Sequence record: NC_014636.1
DNA length: 64,000 bases
Strand: one strand, 5' to 3'
Position 1 is the stretch's first letter. Each line of letters starts with the position of its first letter. Of this stretch, positions 21,086 through 28,456 are shown one piece after another. Under the pieces are notes generated by a model. It was not told where the DNA came from. It saw nothing but the letters and a program-made list of their open reading frames with translations, and made no database searches. The translations under genes were made by a program, and so were the position numbers.

Positions 21086-21649
21086 TTATTCAAGAAATGA
21101 GCCTAGGTCCCGACGTTCCAGCTTATATTCGATATCCGGTACGTTAATACCGAACTTATTGCAAAACTTTTCCATATTCTGCTTGTGTAGCAAATTGAAA
21201 ACCGGTATTCCGTTTCGTTTTGCCAATGTGACTGCCGTTCTAGTTCCACCCTGAACTATCTTATTTCTTTCTTCCGCATAGCAGATCACCATATCGCTTG
21301 GTGTTTTGAGATCTCTCCCTAGTACCTGATATGCATTGCGAACATGCAACCATTGCGAGTAGAAATCTAGATATTCAAAATGAGGCAATATACGCTTGAC
21401 CATTTCTTCCGCTTCGAAGAAGTTTTCTAACTTGGTAACGTTTATTCCCTCTGGATACTTATCGTCCGGTCGATATATTTCGGCTAGTTCTGGATCGTAA
21501 TAACGCATCCATTCATAATCCATGCCTATCGCTCGTCCTGAGCGACCTATCCATCTCCTCTTTGAGAATTCACTGCCGATTTGATTTACTGCTGGGAGAA
21601 TGATCTTGGGTGGGTATCTCGTTCCCACCAGGGTTACAATTTTTCTCAT
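21086..21649 (-). CDS. SLOG (DprA/Smf/LOG-like) nucleotide-binding fold protein
   Basis: LVGTR, GRSGRAIGMD, HVRNAYQVLG, MVICY, GGTRTAVTLAKRNGIPVFNL. Confidence 0.8.
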   Translation of the reverse strand: MRKIVTLVGTRYPPKIILPAVNQIGSEFSKRRWIGRSGRAIGMDYEWMRYYDPELAEIYRPDDKYPEGINVTKLENFFEAEEMVKRILPHFEYLDFYSQWLHVRNAYQVLGRDLKTPSDMVICYAEERNKIVQGGTRTAVTLAKRNGIPVFNLLHKQNMEKFCNKFGINVPDIEYKLERRDLGSFLE

Positions 21650-21752
21650 GACACGATTGACAGATTATCACCTCGATATTGAATTGATCCATGTTGACTT
21701 TAGCAGAAGCGGTGCCTTCATCGACACCGCAGATATCACACACGTATTCCAA
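21570..21752 (-). CDS. Small Zn-finger protein (CDIC..CQSC), TTG start
   Basis: Two CxxC pairs, RBS aagga; overlaps SLOG gene start by 80 nt. Confidence 0.45.
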   Translation of the reverse strand: MEYVCDICGVDEGTASAKVNMDQFNIEVIICQSCHEKNCNPGGNEIPTQDHSPSSKSNRQ

Positions 21753-21754
21753 TG

Positions 21755-22885
21755 TTAATCCTTGATTTTGCAGCGAGTCAGAACAGTTTGTTTTGTGCCC
21801 TTATATTCGCTATGTTCTTTGACAGTGCCGGTAATCTCAAACTTATCACCAGCTTCATAGTTGTATGCACCACTTGCAAACCAAGTGAATACGTTGCCAT
21901 CTTTGGTTACCATGGTAATTGCAGAGGAGCAACCATAGAAAGTGTCAAACACACGACAGGAAACAACAGTTACCTCTATGTTACGGAGACGTTCGCCAAC
22001 GTTGCCAACGTGATTGGATTCGATTTTGACGCTTTCCTTTGCTTTGCGCTCAATATCACGAAGATAGCAATAAACAGCAGAGGTAGCGATGCCAAACGCT
22101 TTTGGAGAGACGTCTCCGTTTTTAGCGATCTGCTTTACGTTAGCAGCGTAAGAGCCATCGCCAAACGGCTCGATATTTTCCATGAAAGAGATAACGTCCG
22201 CAACTTTGCTTTCGTACTCTGACACACAATCACCCACTCGAATCTCGGAGCGTGGATTACCGAACACATTGGCAACAACATGCTTTGTCGGCATTGCGTC
22301 ATAGTCGTTTTTGTTGTAGCCGTATGTTTTGATTGCATACATGGCAACACAAATCACGCTAGCCAAGTCCTGGTATACTACTTGATTGAAGCCACCGCGA
22401 AGCTCTCCATCATCCATATTGTTCAGCTCGTCGAAAAAGCTTACCAGATTTGATGGTTTAGCGTGACCCATGTAGTTTTTCAGACAAGATCCGCCGACTT
22501 GCAGGTATTCTTTACCGTCGGTGACGATGAAAGTATTTGCACGATACCGATTGGTATTGCAGTGGTCGCAACGACATTTCAGGTCAATTGCTGCCGAGAA
22601 CTTAGCTGGCAGAGGACGAACGGAGTAGATCAGGTTTTCTTCGTGATCGATTTTTGCAACAAAGGACCAGTCGCCGATCATCTTCGGTGCATCGCCAATG
22701 ATTTCGATGATCATGGACTTGTAGTGACCGATTTTCATGCCATTATCGTCGATGATATCTACCAGTTCGGTTTTCACGATTTCATAAGTCGGAGCGGGTA
22801 CACCCAGCTTACCAGCGATTTTTGCCAGTTTAGCCATTTTCTCTTCGAACTTACCCATGAAAACTTCATCAACACGAATAGTCAT
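21755..22885 (-). CDS. Hypothetical protein with CDHC Zn-site and C-terminal OB-fold-like domain
   Basis: CRCDHCNTNRYR; C-terminal VGNVGER...ITGTVKEHSEYKGTKQTVLTRC; RBS GAGGAAG and own promoter. Confidence 0.7.
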   Translation of the reverse strand: MTIRVDEVFMGKFEEKMAKLAKIAGKLGVPAPTYEIVKTELVDIIDDNGMKIGHYKSMIIEIIGDAPKMIGDWSFVAKIDHEENLIYSVRPLPAKFSAAIDLKCRCDHCNTNRYRANTFIVTDGKEYLQVGGSCLKNYMGHAKPSNLVSFFDELNNMDDGELRGGFNQVVYQDLASVICVAMYAIKTYGYNKNDYDAMPTKHVVANVFGNPRSEIRVGDCVSEYESKVADVISFMENIEPFGDGSYAANVKQIAKNGDVSPKAFGIATSAVYCYLRDIERKAKESVKIESNHVGNVGERLRNIEVTVVSCRVFDTFYGCSSAITMVTKDGNVFTWFASGAYNYEAGDKFEITGTVKEHSEYKGTKQTVLTRCKIKD

Positions 22886-22905
22886 GATCTCTTCCTCATT
22901 GTTTG

Positions 22906-22943
22906 TATGTGGGCCATTATACAGACCCACATATTACAGTCAA
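22906..22943 (-). promoter_or_regulatory. sigma70-type early promoter with inverted repeat enclosing -10
   Basis: TTGACT-N16-TATAAT; arms TATGTGGG (22906-13) and CCCACATA (22926-33). Confidence 0.75.
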
Positions 22944-23125
22944 GCTTTTTTGTTTTCGAACTTCCAGACTTTTCGACGTTTTGCCTTTCGAGCGTTGCGA
23001 GCGTCTTCCACTTCGGCATAGATGTTCATGATCTGAATTTCGGTCATTTCGAAATTCTTCATTGCTTTTTCCATGCCAAACTGTTCTACCGCAAAGTGAA
23101 CGGCAATCTTATCTTTGTTTACCAT
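22940..23125 (-). CDS. Small basic hypothetical protein (possible degenerate HTH)
   Basis: 61 aa; tandem with HTH genes; shares RRKVW motif with upstream gene. Confidence 0.6.
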   Translation of the reverse strand: MVNKDKIAVHFAVEQFGMEKAMKNFEMTEIQIMNIYAEVEDARNARKAKRRKVWKFENKKA

Positions 23126-23126
23126 G

Positions 23127-23525
23127 TTAGCCCGCCAGTGCTGCCGCGAAAGCCATAGACATTGCAGTTTGCGGCTGTACCGGTTTCACAAAATTGGTAC
23201 GCTTTTCCTGCTTCTTAACCGGAGTGTAAGTCCACACTTTACGACGCTGCACTACCTTCACCGGGATTTCAACCGATTCTGTCGGATACACTCGATTATT
23301 ACCGTTAACCACATCGGTTTTCATTACCGGGATTTCAACGGTATCGGCAGCTTCGTTGTCCTCGTCGATCACGGTGATTGTCTTAGCAGCGACGCGAGCG
23401 GCTTCCACTTCTTTGATCCAGCGAGATACGGTACTTGCGGATACGTTGAGTTCGCGAGCGATTTGTGCCTTGGAGGTGCCATTTTCGTTCATGAAATGGG
23501 CTTTGATCTTGGTAGCGTTAGTCAT
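23127..23525 (-). CDS. HTH DNA-binding protein (paralogue 1)
   Basis: SKAQIARELNVSASTVSRW. Confidence 0.8.
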   Translation of the reverse strand: MTNATKIKAHFMNENGTSKAQIARELNVSASTVSRWIKEVEAARVAAKTITVIDEDNEAADTVEIPVMKTDVVNGNNRVYPTESVEIPVKVVQRRKVWTYTPVKKQEKRTNFVKPVQPQTAMSMAFAAALAG

Positions 23526-23550
23526 ATCTAGTTCCTATGTGATCGATTGA

Positions 23551-23778
23551 TTAAGCGGCTTTCTTCGGATTGTTGTATACGTACTTGGCACGACGCTGAA
23601 CTTTACCAGCAAACTGAGCTTCCAGTTTAGCAGCCACTTGTTCACGACGCATTTCATTAACTTTGTCCATGTAGCGACCAACAGTGCGAGGGGAGACATT
23701 CAGCTCGCGAGCAACTTGAGCTTTGGTTTTGTTGGCGGCGGTAACTGCGAAGTAGGCTTTGATTTCGACGTTTTGCAT
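23551..23778 (-). CDS. HTH DNA-binding protein (paralogue 2)
   Basis: TKAQVARELNVSPRTVGRY; RBS GAGGAA. Confidence 0.8.
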   Translation of the reverse strand: MQNVEIKAYFAVTAANKTKAQVARELNVSPRTVGRYMDKVNEMRREQVAAKLEAQFAGKVQRRAKYVYNNPKKAA

Positions 23779-23784
23779 GATGTA

Positions 23785-23912
23785 TTCCTCAGTTTGTTTG
23801 TTTGATGAATCGCGTTTCGCGTTTCGATGTGGTCATAATAGCAGGTACGGATTTCGATGCAAGCACTTTTTGAAAAAATTATAAAAAAAAAATCCCGCCG
23901 GAGCGGGATTCT
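23785..23912 (-). promoter_or_regulatory. Terminator-UP-element-promoter-RBS cassette (PeSL-like), copy A
   Basis: AATCCCGC-NNNN-GCGGGATT stem with poly-U, A/T tracts, TTGCAT-N16-TATTAT, shared leader GACCACATCGAAAC, GAGGAA RBS. Confidence 0.8.
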
Positions 23913-23914
23913 TG

Positions 23915-24478
23915 TCACAGGTAGATCACAGACGATTCGTGGATTCCATCTGGGGAGATATGAACAAACATACTGTTGCGGGGTTCGCGAACAACGACGC
24001 GCATATCGGACTTCTTCATCAGTTCGGCAACGAATTTCTTGAAATCGCTACTTTTTTCTGATTTCAGATCGGCATATTGTGCAGAATCAATGCTGCTAAA
24101 CCAATAGCTGTCATTGACATTGCTCATATTCCATGCCCATGGATACTTATCGCCGACGACATCAAACGCCATTTTGCGCTGTGATGATTGCACAATCGGA
24201 GATTCTTCTTCGATTTCTTCCTCGATTACTTCAACCGGCACAGTTTCGATTACTTCTTGTTTGATTTCTTCTGTGGATTCCGGTTTTTGTTCGACGATGG
24301 GTTCCTTAGTATCAGCTTCTTTCGCTGCTAATGCATCCTCGATTGTTTTAACCATATTGTCAAAGCTCATACTACGCTTGACAACTGCACCAACTTCCAG
24401 CGCATATTTTTCAAGCTCAATCTTGCCTTGCTTGTCGCCTAGTGCGCGGAATGTTTCGATCTTTTGATAATCGACCAT
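23915..24478 (-). CDS. inh: Inh-like prohead protease inhibitor (paralogue 1)
   Basis: N-terminus (MVDYQKIETFRALGDKQGKIELEKYA..VKRSMSFDNMV) and C-terminal VREPRNS resemble T4 Inh; CTAAATA on minus strand at 24522-24528. Confidence 0.7.
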   Translation of the reverse strand: MVDYQKIETFRALGDKQGKIELEKYALEVGAVVKRSMSFDNMVKTIEDALAAKEADTKEPIVEQKPESTEEIKQEVIETVPVEVIEEEIEEESPIVQSSQRKMAFDVVGDKYPWAWNMSNVNDSYWFSSIDSAQYADLKSEKSSDFKKFVAELMKKSDMRVVVREPRNSMFVHISPDGIHESSVIYL

Positions 24479-24524
24479 TCTTTTCTCCTTGTTAAAAGAT
24501 AGCCCACATCGGGCATATCTTTAT

Positions 24525-25229
24525 TTAGAAGAAGTGGTGATACTGACTATTTCTTGACTCGCGAACGATTACCTTGCCGTTCGTCTGGATGTAATAAAGC
24601 ATATCCATCAGGAAGTCTTTATCGTTGCCGTCATATTTCGGAACGTTGATTTTCCAGTCTCGTGGCTGTTCGGTGATCCAGTCGAGAATCCAGTACGGAA
24701 GATTCATATAAGCATCTTTACCGTATCCGATCAACTCAGTTTTCGGCTTATAGTCGTTGCCAATATGAACAACATGATGACCAGAAGAAGGAACATCACC
24801 GTTGCCGATTTGCGACAGGATTCCCATCGATTCTAGAACACCCATGTTAACTCTGGGTGTAGATACGTCGATCACTTGTGTGCTAATAAACTCAGGAACG
24901 GTCATTGCATGAATGCCTTCTTCCGAAGCATCAACCTTGTACTCACCCACGGGTGCATCGCTAAGATCGATAGGACACGCGCCAACGCATTCCTGTTCAA
25001 CAACAATAGGTTCGTCAGCGATATCAGGTGGACCGAAGCTAGTTGTTTCTGTGACACCATTAGCCATTGCGTCCAGTTTGTCCATGATAAGACCAATTTG
25101 GTCTTTCAGGCTAATGCCAGTCTTGGCAACTTTTACGCCATGCTCTTTACAATACTTCTGAATTGCTGCTTTCGCTTCTGCCGCGGGCAATTCATCGCGG
25201 TATTTGAAAATCTGCTCAATATCGATCAA
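24525..25229 (-). CDS. inh: Inh-like prohead protease inhibitor (paralogue 2)
   Basis: MIDIEQI..EAKAAIQKYCKEHGVKV; LPYWILDWI; VIVRESRNS. Confidence 0.75.
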   Translation of the reverse strand: MIDIEQIFKYRDELPAAEAKAAIQKYCKEHGVKVAKTGISLKDQIGLIMDKLDAMANGVTETTSFGPPDIADEPIVVEQECVGACPIDLSDAPVGEYKVDASEEGIHAMTVPEFISTQVIDVSTPRVNMGVLESMGILSQIGNGDVPSSGHHVVHIGNDYKPKTELIGYGKDAYMNLPYWILDWITEQPRDWKINVPKYDGNDKDFLMDMLYYIQTNGKVIVRESRNSQYHHFF

Positions 25230-25654
25230 ACTGTGATATCTCCATGTTTTTGTGCAATCTTGTCGATTGTATCGACTTCTGAAAGACGAAGTTTAGCAAG
25301 CTCCATCATTTCTGTAAACACCCGGGCCTCATTTTCGATAAACTTGTCGGTATCAATGATATAAAGCTCATTGAAATATCGCTCGGTAACACGCTTGCGA
25401 GTTGGAGTATTGACAATCTCCCGACCCGGACATTGAACAAGCTGAACATATGCTAGATTCTTTGTGTACGTTCTCCCGTGCTGGGTGACTTGTTGCAAGT
25501 TAACAGCCCGAATGATGTAAAACTTGAAACCTTCATTTCCCTTATGAATCGCAAACGCACCTGCACGATGGTGCTTATATCCGTTATCGCTATTCGATTC
25601 GAGAATAGGATAGTTATGATACCACTGCTTGCGATCATTGTAATTAATTGACAC
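25226..25654 (-). CDS. Hypothetical protein (probable GTG start)
   Basis: Long ORF in packed operon. Confidence 0.6.
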   Translation of the reverse strand: MSINYNDRKQWYHNYPILESNSDNGYKHHRAGAFAIHKGNEGFKFYIIRAVNLQQVTQHGRTYTKNLAYVQLVQCPGREIVNTPTRKRVTERYFNELYIIDTDKFIENEARVFTEMMELAKLRLSEVDTIDKIAQKHGDITV

Positions 25655-25871
25655 GATATTTCGTCTCCAGTAAATGTTTAGCGTAATACCCGGCACCACA
25701 AATCGGCCCAGCGATCATTACCATGATTGTATAGGATGTCGCAAGATCAGGTATTCCCATATTATACAGAGATACCACGATGATTGCAAAGACATATCCC
25801 AGCATAGACGCAATCATGCCGTTTGCGCCCATGCAGTATTTCTTGATGAAACGGAGAAACTTTATCACCAA
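25644..25871 (-). CDS. Small two-TM membrane protein
   Basis: Two hydrophobic stretches. Confidence 0.6.
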   Translation of the reverse strand: MVIKFLRFIKKYCMGANGMIASMLGYVFAIIVVSLYNMGIPDLATSYTIMVMIAGPICGAGYYAKHLLETKYRVN

Positions 25872-26122
25872 CTTACCTCAATATAGCTGTTATCAAGCTG
25901 ATTTGATGCATGATGAATCTTCGCTTTGTAACCGAGTTTGTTTAATTCGTCAATAACACGGTCTTGAACCGGATAAGGAGGCATGCTAGTAGACGTCGCG
26001 GAACGACGACCACTCTCCGCTGCTTTACGAACTGACTTTTCAATCACTTCAATCATATACCGATTGATTGCTGCCATGCCGTTTTCATCTGACAGTTTAC
26101 CAGCTTCCATTGCGTTAATCAT
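25865..26122 (-). CDS. Hypothetical protein, paralogue family X
   Basis: MNAMEA..IEKSVRKAAESG..ELNKLGYK..IEVSW pattern shared with three other ORFs. Confidence 0.65.
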   Translation of the reverse strand: MINAMEAGKLSDENGMAAINRYMIEVIEKSVRKAAESGRRSATSTSMPPYPVQDRVIDELNKLGYKAKIHHASNQLDNSYIEVSW

Positions 26123-26445
26123 TTATCACCCCATTTCAGATGTACGATTGTACCAGAAATACCATGCGATCTTGTGCTTGCATAATCAACAACGACTTTA
26201 TAACCAAGCTCACGGAGAATATCATATACATATGGATTGATATCTTTGATTATGTCGTCCGTTACCTTATAAGTATACAATCCTTTCTTAGCAGCAGTCT
26301 CGACCGCAGTCAAGATTTTTCCAACACAAATATCGGCTTTTCGAAGTTTTTCTTGGTCTTCAATATCGATTGCTTGCTTTGTCAGATTCGCCGCCGTTTC
26401 TGCATTCATGTTTGCATAACTCTCGATTAGATCTTGTTTATTCAT
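26119..26445 (-). CDS. Hypothetical protein, paralogue family X
   Basis: MNAETA..VETAAKKG..LRELGYKV..HLKW. Confidence 0.65.
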   Translation of the reverse strand: MNKQDLIESYANMNAETAANLTKQAIDIEDQEKLRKADICVGKILTAVETAAKKGLYTYKVTDDIIKDINPYVYDILRELGYKVVVDYASTRSHGISGTIVHLKWGDK

Positions 26446-26482
26446 GTTATCTCCAAATGAGGGCCGAAGCCCTCGAATTGTT

Positions 26483-27508
26483 TTACCAATCTCCGTCGCA
26501 GATAGAAACCCAGTTCGGACGAATCATGTTACCGATTTCGGTATTAATCAGACGCATAACGCGACCAGCTTCATCTGCCGATTCTTTGACGGATACGCCG
26601 TCGAGTTCGTCGCGCTCATAGTCTTTCTGAACGTCTTTGGACATGAGTCCCAGAACTTTACCGAATTCGTTGGTCTTCGGAGTGCCCATTTTAGAAAGAA
26701 CGTTCTTGAGGCGATTATCAGTGATATAGCGACTGATGTCAAGAACGAGTGCCTTATCCTTTTCGGAAAGTTCTTTCACTTCTACTTGAACAGCGCGACC
26801 CTTACCGGTTTCGCTCCATTTTTCGTTCTTGCATTTGATCGCGACGCGATTGCCGTTACGGAAACGAGCTGCAATAGCTGGTTTAGCAACGTAGCCCTCA
26901 GCGATGTTAGTATCACCAACACGAATCACAACCGGCTTGCCTGCATTTACATCCATAACAACAGATTGCAGATCTACCGGGATTTTCATGATTTCAGCGA
27001 AAGTGCCAATCTTGAGCAGTGGTGCAGTTTTCAGACCGGCGGCATCACACATTGCTGCCATGTTGAAATCGGCAAGAATTTCCATTTCTTCGTCGCGATG
27101 AACCATGATGTCGAACACATAGAAATCTTGAGGACCGTATTCTATACCAGTTTGAATCCACTTGCCGTAGGACATGATACCAGCGTATTCGCCAAACACC
27201 GCGATAGTTTCGCCGCGCTCGACCATACCATGAGTAATCATGATCTCATACAGGTCTTTGATCTTGCGCTCATAGCGGGCAACGATTACCTGATGATCAT
27301 AGAAGCTAGACGCTTCACCAGCGAGGAAGCTAGAACGCTTACCAGGCAGAAAATCAGTACCATCGAACCACATAGAGAAGTTAGTGCCGTGAATCTTCTC
27401 ACGCGCTACCCACAGAGTCTCGGAATCAGCGTGGCCTTGCTCTTGAACAGCGAAAATCACTTTTTGCTTGGTATGATTTTCCATTTCAGGATAAGATTTA
27501 AATTTCAT
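26483..27508 (-). CDS. rnl2: RNA ligase 2 (likely start MKFKSY)
   Basis: Motif I EKIHGTNFS; VFGEYAG, FYVFDI, AEGYVAK, IKCKNEKWSE. Confidence 0.93.
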   Translation of the reverse strand: MKFKSYPEMENHTKQKVIFAVQEQGHADSETLWVAREKIHGTNFSMWFDGTDFLPGKRSSFLAGEASSFYDHQVIVARYERKIKDLYEIMITHGMVERGETIAVFGEYAGIMSYGKWIQTGIEYGPQDFYVFDIMVHRDEEMEILADFNMAAMCDAAGLKTAPLLKIGTFAEIMKIPVDLQSVVMDVNAGKPVVIRVGDTNIAEGYVAKPAIAARFRNGNRVAIKCKNEKWSETGKGRAVQVEVKELSEKDKALVLDISRYITDNRLKNVLSKMGTPKTNEFGKVLGLMSKDVQKDYERDELDGVSVKESADEAGRVMRLINTEIGNMIRPNWVSICDGDW

Positions 27509-27509
27509 G

Positions 27510-27809
27510 TTATTTCCTTTTCTTTCGTTTCTTGTTGCGATTTGAGTTGATGTGACCAATATCTTGACATTCTTCCTGAAGACTAAACCCTTTGTTCTTC
27601 ACGCTGGATCGATTTGAGTAGATTGGTCTAACTTTTGTAAAGTGTATACCTTGTCCACTCTTTGCGTCAAGCATTTTTCGTAAAAAGTTTTTGGCACTTC
27701 GTTCGTCGTTACTTCGTTTTGTATCTACATCAAATGCGGCCTTCATGCCCATGACCACTAGAATACCAACACCGAACAAAAGTAGCCCGTAGTCTTGTGG
27801 GTCTACCAT
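27510..27809 (-). CDS. Membrane-anchored basic protein
   Basis: N-terminal TM, basic C-terminus; RBS GAGG; upstream TTGACA-N17-TAGAGT. Confidence 0.6.
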   Translation of the reverse strand: MVDPQDYGLLLFGVGILVVMGMKAAFDVDTKRSNDERSAKNFLRKMLDAKSGQGIHFTKVRPIYSNRSSVKNKGFSLQEECQDIGHINSNRNKKRKKRK

Positions 27810-27937
27810 AATGTTTACCTCTTGTGAATAGATGACCACTCTACACTATGAATTTCCGTTTGTCAATAAAAAGAAAAGGGAGAGTTCCCGTGCAAGAAAC
27901 TCTCCCTTTGTAACAATCCATTGTAGATACACTTTTA

Positions 27938-28327
27938 TTATTGTTCTTGTCTATCTGTTCTCTGCCAACTATCCGTGATTGGCGCTACCTCACCCGGTCT
28001 GCGTTGATTTTGTTCAACTTTTCTAGATAGATCATCTATTTTAGCTTGCATTTGATCTAGGAGCTTTCGATCCTCTATCGTTTTTGCATCACCAACTTCC
28101 TTAGCATAAAGCATTGATTTAAGTTGGGCGTTTTCAACGTCGCTGTGTGTCGGTAGCTTGGAAATGTCGTCCTTGAGTGATGCCACCGATTGGTCAAAAT
28201 GCGCAGTGATTTCCTCTTTCAACTTGTAATCGCGCTGATCGCCGATAAACGAGTTGTAAGCGAATACCGCACCCCAAATGGTGACAAACATCGTCAAGGT
28301 TGAAACGACGTTTTCTTTTATATTCAA
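27938..28327 (-). CDS. N-terminal TM + coiled-coil protein, probably late
   Basis: TTG start with AGGAG RBS; ATAAATA on minus strand at 28372-28378. Confidence 0.65.
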   Translation of the reverse strand: MNIKENVVSTLTMFVTIWGAVFAYNSFIGDQRDYKLKEEITAHFDQSVASLKDDISKLPTHSDVENAQLKSMLYAKEVGDAKTIEDRKLLDQMQAKIDDLSRKVEQNQRRPGEVAPITDSWQRTDRQEQ

Positions 28328-28456
28328 CTACAAACACTCCTTAACCGTAACTTGTAATTAAGTTACACGCTTATTTATTGTTTATGGAATGCACAATTTC
28401 TGATACAATCCCATTACACCTGCTAAATAAGACAATAAACTGTTAGGAACTGTTCA

